This document shows, piece by piece, positions 47,464 through 56,763 of a stretch of DNA of 64,000 nucleotides. Under the pieces are notes generated by a model. It had not been told where the DNA came from and made no database searches. It saw only the letters and a list, made by a program, of their open reading frames with translations. This DNA is from Polaromonas sp. GTDB taxonomy: Bacteria; Pseudomonadota; Gammaproteobacteria; Burkholderiales; Burkholderiaceae_C. Every line of letters begins with the position of its first letter. Position 1 is the first letter of the stretch. The position numbers were made by a program, and so were the translations under genes. The stretch is from NCBI GenBank assembly GCA_043778205.1, contig JAYWGO010000012.1:10029-74028 (forward strand). The letters run 5' to 3'.

Positions 47464-48207
47464 ATGAACACTTTGCACCCCGCTATTGCCCAGCGCCCCA
47501 AGGCCGTCTTGTTTGACGCGTATGGCACGCTGCTGGACGTGTACAGCGTGGCCTTGCTGGCCGAGCAGCTGTTTCCCGGCCACGGGCAGCAGCTCAGCGT
47601 GCTGTGGCGCGACAAGCAGATTGAGTACAGCCGCTTGCTCACCACCAGCAACCACGGCGCGCACTACCAGCCGTTTTGGCAAGTGACGGAATCGGCGCTT
47701 CGGTACGCTCTTAAAATAATAGCTGCGCGTGCAGCATTTGCTTGGGACAAACCGGTATTAGATGCTGATTATCTGGCCCAGGCATCGTCCCAGCTGATGA
47801 ACCAATACCGCCACCTCAGCGCGTTTCCTGAAAACAAAGAGGTGCTGCAGGCGTTGAAAGACCAGGGCATTCCCACGGGCATTTTAAGCAATGGCGACCC
47901 AGCCATGCTGAGCGTGGCGGTCAAATCTGCTGGGCTAACCGGCCTGCTAGACCACGTGATCAGCGTGGACAGCGTTCGCAAATACAAAACCCACCCCGAT
48001 GCTTACGCGCTGGGCACGCAGGCGCTGGGCTTGCAGGCTAAGCAAATTGTGTTTGTCAGCAGCAACGGCTGGGACGCGCTGGCCGCAACCTGGTTTGGCT
48101 ACCAAACCCTGTGGGTTAACCGCGCAGGCCTGCCTTTTGAAGAGCTGGGCACGCAGCCTACGCGCACGGGGCCCTGCCTGCGCGATGTACTTGGATTTTT
48201 TGATTAA
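47464..48207 (+). CDS. haloacid dehalogenase, type II (L-2-haloacid dehalogenase family)
   Basis: 247 aa. [12 protein letters not shown] (nucleophile Asp), [26 protein letters not shown]. Collinear with my memory of L-DEX YL except for a ~13-aa insert. Confidence 0.85.
   Translation: MNTLHPAIAQRPKAVLFDAYGTLLDVYSVALLAEQLFPGHGQQLSVLWRDKQIEYSRLLTTSNHGAHYQPFWQVTESALRYALKIIAARAAFAWDKPVLDADYLAQASSQLMNQYRHLSAFPENKEVLQALKDQGIPTGILSNGDPAMLSVAVKSAGLTGLLDHVISVDSVRKYKTHPDAYALGTQALGLQAKQIVFVSSNGWDALAATWFGYQTLWVNRAGLPFEELGTQPTRTGPCLRDVLGFFD
47711..47755 (+). repeat. triple-palindrome repeat element, copy 8 (in frame inside the dehalogenase gene)
   Basis: CTTAAAATAATAGCTGCGCGTGCAGCATTTGCTTGGGACAAACCG, translated as [15 protein letters not shown]. 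Confidence 0.8.
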
Positions 48208-48254
48208 CTTTTAATACCTTTTTTAAATTTCACCGTCTCACCCAGGAGCTACCC

Positions 48255-50528
48255 ATGACCCAACGCACCACAGCCCACAGCCTGCAAGTTGCCACCAACC
48301 TCTACAGCTTTGTCAACGACCAAGTACTGCCCGGCACGGGTGTAAAGCCCGACAAATTTTGGAAAGGCTTTGACGCGATTGTGCAAAGCTTGGCATCGAA
48401 AAACATCGCTTTACTGGCCGAGCGTGACCGTTTGCAAACCGAGCTGGACACATGGCACAAAGCCAATCCGGGCCCTATCGCCGCAGGCGATTCGTCAGGC
48501 GCAGGCGATTCGTCAGGCGCAGCCAACATGCCCGCCTACCGCAAATTTTTAGAGAAAATTGGCTACCTGGTACCCGAGCCGAAAAGCGTCAAGGCCACTA
48601 CCAGCAATGTCGATGCCGAGCTGGCCACCCAAGCTGGCCCGCAGCTGGTGGTGCCCATCCTGAATGCACGCTACGCACTCAACGCGGCCAACGCCCGCTG
48701 GGGCTCTTTGTACGACGCGCTGTACGGCACCGACGCGCTCAGTGAAGACAACGGCTGCGACAAACTGGGCGCAGGCGGCGTGGCCTACAACCCCAAGCGT
48801 GGCGCTAAAGTGATGGAATATGCACGCCACGTGCTAGACCGCACGGCACCCCTTAAAAAAGGCTCGCACGTTGACAGCACGCTGTACAGCATCAAAGCAG
48901 GCCAGCTGCTCGTCACCCTGCAAGGCGGCAGCACCACCGTGCTGCAAGATGCCAAACAATGTGTGGGCTACCAAGGCAGCGCCAAGTTTCCCTCGTCGGT
49001 GCTGCTGCAGCACAACGGCCTGCACCTGGACATTCAGATTAACCGCGCCACCACCATCGGCGCGGTTGATGCGGCAGGCGTGAGCGACTTGATTATGGAG
49101 TCGGCACTGTCTACCATTTTGGACCTGGAAGACTCCGTGGCCGTGGTGGACGCAGACGACAAAGTGGTGGCCTACAGCAACTGGCTGGGCATTCTTAAAG
49201 GCACCCTCACTGAGACAGTTACCAAGGGCGACAAGACTTTCACGCGCGGCTTGAATGCTGACCGTGAATACACAGCGGCAGGCACAGCGGCTAAAAAAAT
49301 TAAGCTGCACGGCCGCTCACTTATGTTTCTGCGTAACGTAGGCCACCTGATGACCAACCCGGCCATCACCTACACCGCCAAAGACGGCAGTACCCAAGAG
49401 ATTCCTGAAGGTATTTTGGATGCCGTGATCACCACCACGATTGCCATGCACGACCTCAAAGGCAATGGAACTAACGGCATTCGCAACAGCCGCAAAGGCA
49501 GCGTCTACATTGTCAAACCCAAAATGCACGGCCCGTTTGAAGTGGCGTTTGCGTCTGAGTTGTTTGGCCAAGTTGAAAAATTGCTGGGCCTGAAAGCCAA
49601 CACCGTCAAACTGGGCATCATGGACGAAGAGCGCCGCACCAGTGCCAACCTGAAGGCCTGTATTGCCGCTGCCAGCGCGCGCGTGGCCTTTATCAATACA
49701 GGCTTCCTCGACCGCACCGGCGACGAAATGCACACCGCCATGCAAGCTGGCCCCATGATCCGCAAAGGCGATATGAAAACCAGCGCTTGGATTGGCGCGT
49801 ACGAAAAGAACAACGTGTTAGTAGGTTTGGCGTGCGGGTTAAGAGGCAAAGCCCAAATCGGCAAAGGCATGTGGGCCATGCCCGACCTGATGGCCGACAT
49901 GCTGAAGCAAAAAATCGGCCACCCCCTGGCCGGTGCCAACACCGCTTGGGTGCCCAGCCCCACTGCTGCCACGCTGCACGCCATGCACTACCACCAGGTC
50001 AAGGTCAGCGACGTGCAAAAGCAGATTGAAAAAGCCGCAGCCAAAGTAAAACCCGCCACCCAGCGCGACATTACTTTAAACGCCCTGCTGCAAGTCCCCG
50101 TAACGGCAACGCCTAACTGGAGCCAAGCCGAAAAGCAGCAAGAACTAGACAACAACGCCCAAGGCATCCTGGGCTATGTGGTGCGCTGGATAGACCAAGG
50201 CGTAGGCTGCAGCAAAGTGCCCGACATCCACAACGTAGCCCTCATGGAAGACCGCGCCACCCTGCGCATCAGCAGCCAACACATCGCCAACTGGCTGCAC
50301 CACGGCGTAGTGTCGCGCAAGCAAGTCGAAGCAACTTTTGAGCGCATGGCCGGCGTGGTTGACCAGCAAAATGCGGGTGACAAGCTGTACAAAAATATGG
50401 CGGGCAATTTTGCTGCTTCGTCTGCATACAAAGCGGCGACAGACTTAGTGTTCAAAGGATTGGCGCAGCCGAGTGGCTATACCGAGCCGCTGTTGCATGC
50501 TTGGCGGCTGAAAGTCAAGGCGGCCTAA
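48255..50528 (+). CDS. glcB: malate synthase G
   Basis: 757 aa. The size and the blocks [38 protein letters not shown] and [11 protein letters not shown] match the malate synthase G family. Confidence 0.95.
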   Translation: MTQRTTAHSLQVATNLYSFVNDQVLPGTGVKPDKFWKGFDAIVQSLASKNIALLAERDRLQTELDTWHKANPGPIAAGDSSGAGDSSGAANMPAYRKFLEKIGYLVPEPKSVKATTSNVDAELATQAGPQLVVPILNARYALNAANARWGSLYDALYGTDALSEDNGCDKLGAGGVAYNPKRGAKVMEYARHVLDRTAPLKKGSHVDSTLYSIKAGQLLVTLQGGSTTVLQDAKQCVGYQGSAKFPSSVLLQHNGLHLDIQINRATTIGAVDAAGVSDLIMESALSTILDLEDSVAVVDADDKVVAYSNWLGILKGTLTETVTKGDKTFTRGLNADREYTAAGTAAKKIKLHGRSLMFLRNVGHLMTNPAITYTAKDGSTQEIPEGILDAVITTTIAMHDLKGNGTNGIRNSRKGSVYIVKPKMHGPFEVAFASELFGQVEKLLGLKANTVKLGIMDEERRTSANLKACIAAASARVAFINTGFLDRTGDEMHTAMQAGPMIRKGDMKTSAWIGAYEKNNVLVGLACGLRGKAQIGKGMWAMPDLMADMLKQKIGHPLAGANTAWVPSPTAATLHAMHYHQVKVSDVQKQIEKAAAKVKPATQRDITLNALLQVPVTATPNWSQAEKQQELDNNAQGILGYVVRWIDQGVGCSKVPDIHNVALMEDRATLRISSQHIANWLHHGVVSRKQVEATFERMAGVVDQQNAGDKLYKNMAGNFAASSAYKAATDLVFKGLAQPSGYTEPLLHAWRLKVKAA
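48483..48518 (+). repeat. perfect 18-bp tandem duplication inside glcB
   Basis: GCAGGCGATTCGTCAGGC x2, encoding [12 protein letters not shown]. Confidence 0.9.
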
Positions 50529-50546
50529 GGTAAGCCACACACCTTA

Positions 50547-50573
50547 AAGCGCCTTGATTTTTCAAGGCGCTTT
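50547..50573. terminator. bidirectional terminator-like hairpin between glcB and the phosphatase-like gene
   Basis: AAAGCGCCTTGA-ttt-TCAAGGCGCTTT, flanked by A-rich and T-rich runs. It overlaps the stop codon of the minus-strand gene. Confidence 0.6.
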
Positions 50574-50923
50574 TATGGATGGTAATTTTCGATAATTGAC
50601 TCCACCGCAATCTCCAATATTTCAACCAATTCCGCATCCATGAATTTGTACTCATCCGCAATGTCCAGCACATGTACAGGTTTGCTGTCCAACAAACGGG
50701 TAAATTCGGCCTTGATGCGTGATTTGTGCTTTTCTTCCATCACCAAAATCACGTCAGCCCATTGAACGTCCGCAGTTGACACCGTGTGCCTGGCATTAGC
50801 GCTTGTGCCTGCTGATCGTACCAATACACGCGAATCTTTACGCCATACCTGCTCAGCAGTAGGACTGCGCCACTGGTTGCGGCTACAGATAAAAAGGAGT
50901 TTAATTTTTTCTTGCATGTTCAC
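50573..50923 (-). CDS. low-molecular-weight phosphotyrosine phosphatase / ArsC-like family protein
   Basis: 116 aa. P-loop LFICSRNQWRS (CX5R-S). Composition is lower in GC than the neighbours. Confidence 0.7.
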   Translation of the reverse strand: MNMQEKIKLLFICSRNQWRSPTAEQVWRKDSRVLVRSAGTSANARHTVSTADVQWADVILVMEEKHKSRIKAEFTRLLDSKPVHVLDIADEYKFMDAELVEILEIAVESIIENYHP

Positions 50924-50970
50924 TGTGCTGGGCGCGCAAGTGCAGTAGTTAAGCTCTGGGCAGCTATTTG

Positions 50971-51016
50971 CTACTGAATAAATAGCTGCCTGTGCATGAA
51001 TTTTCGGGCTTAGCGG
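50971..51016 (+). repeat. triple-palindrome repeat element, copy 9 (diverged)
   Basis: CTACTGAATAAATAGCTGCCTGTGCATGAATTTTCGGGCTTAGCGG. Confidence 0.7.
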
Positions 51017-51021
51017 CTTAG

Positions 51022-53064
51022 TTAAGGCGTATTCCCCAGCGCAATACCTTCACGCCGAGGGTCGGCACCGCCTACCAGTACCGTGCTGGTGCTACCCGCA
51101 GGCTGGGTTTTGATGATGGTGGATACGCCGCTGGACTGGGCTGCAAATGACACTGTGTGGCCCATGGCGCGCAGGCCTGCCAGCAAGGGGTCGTTCAGAC
51201 CGCTGTTGGTCACGTCAATAGACGGATGCTCGCCGCCCACACCGGTCGTGGGGCTGTTGCCTGCGCCAAAGTTCACCATCGACGTGGCTTGCTGTGCGTC
51301 TAGCTTCCAGTCCACCGCACTCACGATGGTTTTCACCACAAACTGGATGATGGCAGCGCCGCCGGGTGAGCCGGTGGCCATGAGGAAGTCGCCGCGCGTG
51401 CCGTCTGCTGCTTTGTTAAAAACAATCGTGGGCGACATAGAGCTGCGGGGGCGTTTGCCTGCGGCTAGGCGGTTGGCAATCGGCCCTGTGGCATCGGATG
51501 GGTCAAACGAAAAGTCTGTCAGTTGGTTGTTAAGCAAGAAGCCGCGTGTAAAGTGGAACGAGCCCATGCCGCTTTCAATCGTGGTGGTCATCACCACCAC
51601 GTTGCCAAACTTGTCCACTATGGAGACATGGCTGGTGCCGTTACCCTCGTGCGCACTGCTGCCCTGCGCCGCTACGTTGGCAAACACACCCGCCGTGGCG
51701 CTGCCCATGCTGCGGGTGGTGGAGATTTGCATGGCGCGGCTCTTAAGGTAGTCTTTGTTGATCAAAGACTCGATACCGCTGCCGGGGAAGGTAATGAAGT
51801 CGATGTCGGCCACATATTTGTTGCGGTCGGCGTAGGCCAGGCGCTGCGCCTCGCTGACCAAGTGCACGGCCATGACGGCGGGTTTGCCACCTTCTGCGTC
51901 TACCACGGTGGGGCCGTTGGCCGCGAGGTCAAAGTTTTCTAAGATGCCCAGTGTTTGGGCCACGGCAATACCGCCAGAAGATGGGGGGCCCATGCCGCAC
52001 ACCCAGGTACTGCGGTAGGTGGTGCACACAGGGGTGCGGCGCACGGCGCGGTAGGTGGCCAGGTCGCTCAGCTCGGTCAGGCCCGGTGTGATAGCCACGG
52101 TGGTGGTAGCACCACCGCTGGTGACTTTGATTTTGTTAACGATGGACTGGGCTATGGGGCCGGTGTAGAAAGCATCGGCGCCGCCTTGCGCTACGCTGGC
52201 CAGTGTGGCGGCGTAAGCCGGGTTTTTAATCAAGCTGCCCAGTGCTTTGGGGCTGTAGTCGGCATTTAAAAAGTAGGCGGTGGCATCGGGGTCGCGCAGC
52301 AGGTCGTTCCTTGCGCCGTTGATGGCGGCTGCCATGCGGCCACTGATGCTAAAGCCGTCGGTGGCCAGCTTGATGCCGGGGGCAAACAGCTTGTCCCAGC
52401 TTTGGCTGCCGTGGTCTTGGTGCACCATCTCTAGCATGCGCAGCGCGCCGGGTGTGCCAATAGAGCGGCCGCTGGCCCGGGTGCTTAAAAAGATGCCCGT
52501 GGTGGTGGTGCCCAGGTTAGGCAATGGGTTGGTGGTATCCGTTGGGCTGACCTGGCGCAGGTAGTTTTCTGTGGCGGCGGCGGGGGCGGTCTCCCGGCCA
52601 TCGTAGCTTTGTACGGTTTTCTTGGCGGCATCGTAGTGCAGCATAAAGGCACCACCGCCCAAGCCAGACGACTGGGGCTCCACCAAACCCAGCACCATTT
52701 GCACCGCCACAGCGGCATCAGCGGCGGTGCCGCCTGCTGCCAGCACGTCGCAGCCTGCTTGGGTGGCCAGTGGGTTGGCAGTTACCACCATGTAGTTGGT
52801 GGCGATGACGGGCTTTTTGCCGGTTTTGTAGCCCGACTGCGGCTCTGGAATCGCCGGATCACCGGGCAGGCCAGAGCCTACTACCACGGTGGTGGTGCCT
52901 ACGGTTTGCAGGCACGGGGTGGCTGTGGCAACCGGGGGCGGCACTGGGGCCGGTGTGGGTGCATCACCGCTGCCGCTGCCTCCGCAGGCAACCAATACCA
53001 AGAGTGCAATAGTGGCGGGCGCAAGCCAGCGGGCGCGTTGAAGTGGGGTGTATTGAGGGTTCAT
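51022..53064 (-). CDS. ggt: gamma-glutamyltransferase (lipoprotein form)
   Basis: 680 aa. Lipobox LVLVACGG and the autoprocessing site context EGNGTSHVSIVDKFGN (nucleophile Thr). Confidence 0.9.
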   Translation of the reverse strand: MNPQYTPLQRARWLAPATIALLVLVACGGSGSGDAPTPAPVPPPVATATPCLQTVGTTTVVVGSGLPGDPAIPEPQSGYKTGKKPVIATNYMVVTANPLATQAGCDVLAAGGTAADAAVAVQMVLGLVEPQSSGLGGGAFMLHYDAAKKTVQSYDGRETAPAAATENYLRQVSPTDTTNPLPNLGTTTTGIFLSTRASGRSIGTPGALRMLEMVHQDHGSQSWDKLFAPGIKLATDGFSISGRMAAAINGARNDLLRDPDATAYFLNADYSPKALGSLIKNPAYAATLASVAQGGADAFYTGPIAQSIVNKIKVTSGGATTTVAITPGLTELSDLATYRAVRRTPVCTTYRSTWVCGMGPPSSGGIAVAQTLGILENFDLAANGPTVVDAEGGKPAVMAVHLVSEAQRLAYADRNKYVADIDFITFPGSGIESLINKDYLKSRAMQISTTRSMGSATAGVFANVAAQGSSAHEGNGTSHVSIVDKFGNVVVMTTTIESGMGSFHFTRGFLLNNQLTDFSFDPSDATGPIANRLAAGKRPRSSMSPTIVFNKAADGTRGDFLMATGSPGGAAIIQFVVKTIVSAVDWKLDAQQATSMVNFGAGNSPTTGVGGEHPSIDVTNSGLNDPLLAGLRAMGHTVSFAAQSSGVSTIIKTQPAGSTSTVLVGGADPRREGIALGNTP

Positions 53065-53230
53065 TGTGCAGTATCAAAAAAATGATGTTTGCTTGCCAAA
53101 GCTAAGATGAGCTCGGACATCCAATGGCTGGAAAATTATTATAGGCAGGCAGTGCCCATTTAGCTATAGGGCCTTGGCGAGCCTGCACAGGCCGCATAAA
53201 CGCTGCACAACAATACGCAAGGCACTGAAG

Positions 53231-53791
53231 CTAGAGTACGTCGGGTGCGTTTGGCAGGCCGTTACTGCGCTGTTGGCCACTGGGCAGTGCATAGTGGCGC
53301 ACCAGCAGGGAGGAGACTTCTTGCAGTGCTTGGGTCAGGCCATCTTCAAACCTCTGGGCTTTGAAAGCGGCGGCCATGCGGTGCATGATGGTGCGCCATT
53401 CTTCTGCGCTTACCAGCTGGTTCAGGCCGCGGTCGGCCACAATCTCGATGGCGTTTTCGGCCAGCAGCAGGTAGATCAGCACGCCGTTGTTGTGCTCGGT
53501 GTCCCACACGCGCAGTTTGCCAAACAGCGCTATGGCCCGCTGGCGTGGTGATGCGCCGCGCCACAGGTAGCTGTTGGGCATGCCTGCTTCAACGCAGATG
53601 CGCACCTCGCCACTGTGGCGCGCCTCGCTGGCCGTTACATAGCTTTCCAGGCGTTTAAGCAGCTCGGGCGGCACGGCGCGGCGCACGTCGCCGTGGTCCA
53701 TCCAGCGGTGGCGCAAGATGCGCAGCAAACGGCCACCCAGCGTGGTGCTGCGGGCTGCAGGTGCAGGGCTTGTGTTGGTGGGAGAGTTCAT
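53231..53791 (-). CDS. TPM-domain protein
   Basis: 186 aa. SGEVRICVEAG...NNGVLIYLLLAENAIEIVADRGL. Third gene of a LemA-TPM-TPM set. Confidence 0.75.
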   Translation of the reverse strand: MNSPTNTSPAPAARSTTLGGRLLRILRHRWMDHGDVRRAVPPELLKRLESYVTASEARHSGEVRICVEAGMPNSYLWRGASPRQRAIALFGKLRVWDTEHNNGVLIYLLLAENAIEIVADRGLNQLVSAEEWRTIMHRMAAAFKAQRFEDGLTQALQEVSSLLVRHYALPSGQQRSNGLPNAPDVL

Positions 53792-53800
53792 TGCTGTGCC

Positions 53801-54739
53801 TCAGTAGTCGCCGCTGCTTCCGCCGCCGCCAAAGTCGCCGCCGCCGCCGGAGCTAAACCCCCCGCCGCCACCGCCGCTGCTGTCGCCACCAAAGCTGCCG
53901 CCGCCAAAACCACCCCCCTCTGTCGTCCAGCCTCCACCGCGCCTGCCGCGTCCGTGCCGCCCTGTAGCCAAACCGCCCATGCTTGAGAGCAAGGTAAACA
54001 GCAGCGCCAGCACAAAAGCAATGCCCGCCAACACCAGACTGGCACTGATGAAAAACGCCAACGCGCCCACCGCGCCACCCGTTACCAATGAGCCCAGTTT
54101 GTTGCCAAAAATACCCTTGGCCACTGCACCGCCAATAGGGATGGCAAACAGCATAAAGATGGCCATGTCCATCCACTGAAAACCGCTTCCCAACATGTTG
54201 AGCCCGCCGCTGCTTTCGCCAGCCTGGGCCTGTGGCAGGGCCTCGCCATCAATCCGCTGGGCAATCCGGTCAACTGCGTCTGTTAAGCCGCCCGCGTAGT
54301 CGCCCTGCTTGAGCTTGGGGGCCAGGGCCTCGTCGATGATTTGTTTGGCCAGCAGGTCGGGCAAGGCCCCTTCTAGCGTTTTGGCCACTTCAATGCGCAG
54401 CTTGCGGTCGGTTTTGGCCACAATCACCAGCACGCCGTCGCCCACGGCCTTGCGGCCTATTTTCCAGTCGTTGGCCACACGGTTGGCGTAGCTGGTAATG
54501 TCTTCAGGCTGGGTGGTGGGTACGATGAGCACCACCACCTGGCTGCCTTTGCGCTGCTCTAGCGCGGCCAGTGTGCCCTCCAGGGTTTGGCGCTGCTGCG
54601 CAGTCAGGGTGTTGGTGGTGTCCACCACCCGTGCACTGAGCGCCGGAATGCTTTGCAGACCCTGCGCCAAGGCCTGCACGTGTGCTCCAGCGGCGCACAT
54701 GCAGAGCAACAGCCAAACTACGTTAACTATTATTTTCAT
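53801..54739 (-). CDS. TPM-domain (YgcG-like) membrane protein with a Gly-rich tail
   Basis: 312 aa. Signal peptide, VVDTTNTLTAQQRQTLE...VVVLIVPT...DGVLVIVAKTDRKLRIEV, TM segments, and a GGGG-rich C-terminus. Confidence 0.8.
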   Translation of the reverse strand: MKIIVNVVWLLLCMCAAGAHVQALAQGLQSIPALSARVVDTTNTLTAQQRQTLEGTLAALEQRKGSQVVVLIVPTTQPEDITSYANRVANDWKIGRKAVGDGVLVIVAKTDRKLRIEVAKTLEGALPDLLAKQIIDEALAPKLKQGDYAGGLTDAVDRIAQRIDGEALPQAQAGESSGGLNMLGSGFQWMDMAIFMLFAIPIGGAVAKGIFGNKLGSLVTGGAVGALAFFISASLVLAGIAFVLALLFTLLSSMGGLATGRHGRGRRGGGWTTEGGGFGGGSFGGDSSGGGGGGFSSGGGGDFGGGGSSGDY

Positions 54740-54778
54740 AGCGAACTATGCAGCATTTCCTTGGGTCATAGGGCTAAA
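54726..54778 (+). repeat. triple-palindrome repeat element, copy 10 (left arm overlaps the start of the TPM gene)
   Basis: AACTATTATTTTCATAGCGAACTATGCAGCATTTCCTTGGGTCATAGGGCT. Confidence 0.85.
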
Positions 54779-54798
54779 AGTCTCCAAAATGCTGCAGC

Positions 54799-55416
54799 TT
54801 ACTTTTTCTCAAAATCAACCACAGGTGGCGCGCTGATTTGCGCTTCGTTGGCCACGGTAAAGCTGGGCTTGGGGCTGTAGCTAAATGCCATGGCCGTAAG
54901 GTTGCTAGGAAAGCTACGGACCAGCACGTTGTATTCGGCAATGGTTTTGATGTAGCGGTCGCGGGCTACAGTAATGCGGTTTTCGGTGCCTTCCAGTGTG
55001 ACGCGCAGGTCTTTAAAGCCTTGGTTGGCTTGCAGTTGGGGGTAGTTTTCGCTCACTGCCAGCAAACGGCCCAAGGCCCCGCCCAGCTGGGACTGGGCTT
55101 CTTGGAACTTTTTAAATGCTTCCGGGTTGTTCAGTGTCTCCGGGGTCACCGTGATCGAGGTGGCTTTAGACCGCGCCTCGACCACCTTGGTCAGCGTGTC
55201 TTGCTCAAAATTAGCCTGACCTTTGACGGTGTTGACAATGTTGGGCACCAAATCGGCGCGGCGTTGGTACTGGTTCAAGACATCACTCCAAGCGGCTTTG
55301 GTTTGCTCGTCCAAGCGCTGAAAGTCGTTGTAGCCGCAGCCGGTAAGCAGCAGGCTCGCGGCGATCAGCAAGCCGCCCAAACTGCGCTGGGCTCTGTGTT
55401 GAAAATGGATCTGCAT
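54799..55416 (-). CDS. lemA: LemA-family protein
   Basis: 205 aa. Lipobox-like LLLTGC, then WSDVLNQYQRRADLVPNIVNTVKG...ENYPQLQANQGF...TENRITVARDRY. Confidence 0.9.
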   Translation of the reverse strand: MQIHFQHRAQRSLGGLLIAASLLLTGCGYNDFQRLDEQTKAAWSDVLNQYQRRADLVPNIVNTVKGQANFEQDTLTKVVEARSKATSITVTPETLNNPEAFKKFQEAQSQLGGALGRLLAVSENYPQLQANQGFKDLRVTLEGTENRITVARDRYIKTIAEYNVLVRSFPSNLTAMAFSYSPKPSFTVANEAQISAPPVVDFEKK

Positions 55417-55507
55417 ACCTGCTCCTAAAATTGGGTGGCCTGCATGGGCCTTGCAATGAGAATTACGGCCCGCAGGGGCTTGGCTAGATGCACGGTATCA
55501 TAAAACC

Positions 55508-56278
55508 ATGTCTGTTTCTGTAAACCAAGCCCTGCGCGCCGGCCACCGCAAACCTGCCAACCTACCTGCTGCTGCCCTGCCTAGGCTGCTAATTGCTGGG
55601 GCTGGCGGAGCCTTAGGCAACGCGGTGCTGCGCCGCCTGGTGGGCATGCAGCGCGCCAGCCATACCCGTGTGCTGGCGAGCCTGCCCATGGGCACTGGCC
55701 TGCGCCACGTCAGCGCGCAAGTGGTGGCAGGCGAGGTTACGCAGTGGCCTACTGCCCAGCACGCCAGCGACTGGGCGGTGGTGATGTTTGACCCGCCGCG
55801 CATGTTTTATGGGCGCGAACGTGCGCTGTGGACCCCGGTGCCTGAACAACTTACCGTGCTGGGCCACTGGCTGCGCGGCTGCGGCGTGCACACACTGGCC
55901 GTGGTGCTGCCACATGCCCAGGGCAGCCTGCCCGAGGCGCTTAAACGCGGCTTGGCCAGCCTGGACGAGCACGCGCTGGCAGCCTGCGGCTTTGACCGCC
56001 TGCTGATTGTGCGCACCGCACACAAGCCTGCTGCGCTTGTGCAGCGCAAAATGCTAGACAAGCTGGCGGCTTGGATGCTGGGTATTTTTAGCTTTATGGT
56101 GCCCAGCAGCGAACAGCCGGTGCGCGCTAGCAAAGTGGCCCAGCTGGTGGACTTGGCGCTGCAAAACTTGCCGCCGGGCACTTGGGTGGCCGACCCGGAG
56201 CTGGTGTGGCAAGCCGCGCAAAGCGATAGCGCGCACATGGGCACGGTACTGGCGCAGTGGCTCAGTAAATCGACCTGA
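55508..56278 (+). CDS. hypothetical protein, possible Rossmann-fold NAD(P)-binding
   Basis: 256 aa. LLIAGAGGALGNAVLRRL resembles a GxxGxxG dinucleotide-binding motif. Nothing else is recognisable. Confidence 0.5.
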   Translation: MSVSVNQALRAGHRKPANLPAAALPRLLIAGAGGALGNAVLRRLVGMQRASHTRVLASLPMGTGLRHVSAQVVAGEVTQWPTAQHASDWAVVMFDPPRMFYGRERALWTPVPEQLTVLGHWLRGCGVHTLAVVLPHAQGSLPEALKRGLASLDEHALAACGFDRLLIVRTAHKPAALVQRKMLDKLAAWMLGIFSFMVPSSEQPVRASKVAQLVDLALQNLPPGTWVADPELVWQAAQSDSAHMGTVLAQWLSKST

Positions 56279-56349
56279 AGCTTAGGCTAGAGGAGATGGG
56301 CTGCGCCTGTCTAGCACGCTAAGCTAGGCGCAGAAACTGTGTGCGAAAG

Positions 56350-56754
56350 TCAAGCGCCCAAATGCGCTGCCGTGCGCAGACGCTCCACCACCACACCATT
56401 TTTTAAATGCGACTCCACAATCTCGTCAATGTCATGCGCATCCACAAAGCTGTACCACACGGCTTCGGGGTAGACCACGCACACGGGGCCCGCAGCGCAG
56501 CGGTCCAGGCAGCCGGCTTGGTTAACCCGCACTTTGCCTGCACCGCTCAGGCCAGCGTCTTTGACGGCAGCTTTGCAATGTTTGGCAGCATCTAGCCCAT
56601 GGCTGCCGCAAAAGGCGCGGCCGTCAGTGCGCACATTGGTGCAAAAAAAGATATGCCGCTGGTAGTACGAAGATGGCGTTAGGTCATGCTGCGCTGAACC
56701 AAGCTGCTGGCTTACTGGCGCTACCGGCGCGGCGGGGGAGGTACTAAATGTCAT
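56350..56754 (-). CDS. thioredoxin-like [2Fe-2S] ferredoxin
   Basis: 134 aa. HIFFCTN...FCGSHG...AGCLDRCAAGPVCVVYPEAVWY gives the four-Cys pattern of this family. Confidence 0.75.
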   Translation of the reverse strand: MTFSTSPAAPVAPVSQQLGSAQHDLTPSSYYQRHIFFCTNVRTDGRAFCGSHGLDAAKHCKAAVKDAGLSGAGKVRVNQAGCLDRCAAGPVCVVYPEAVWYSFVDAHDIDEIVESHLKNGVVVERLRTAAHLGA

Positions 56755-56763
56755 AGGCTTATT

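Noticed and set aside
53140-53200. TAGCTATAGGGCCTTGGCGAGCCTGCACAGG, which shares words with the repeat element
   Set aside because: The blocks are in a different order and spacing from the family consensus, so this is likely chance word sharing.
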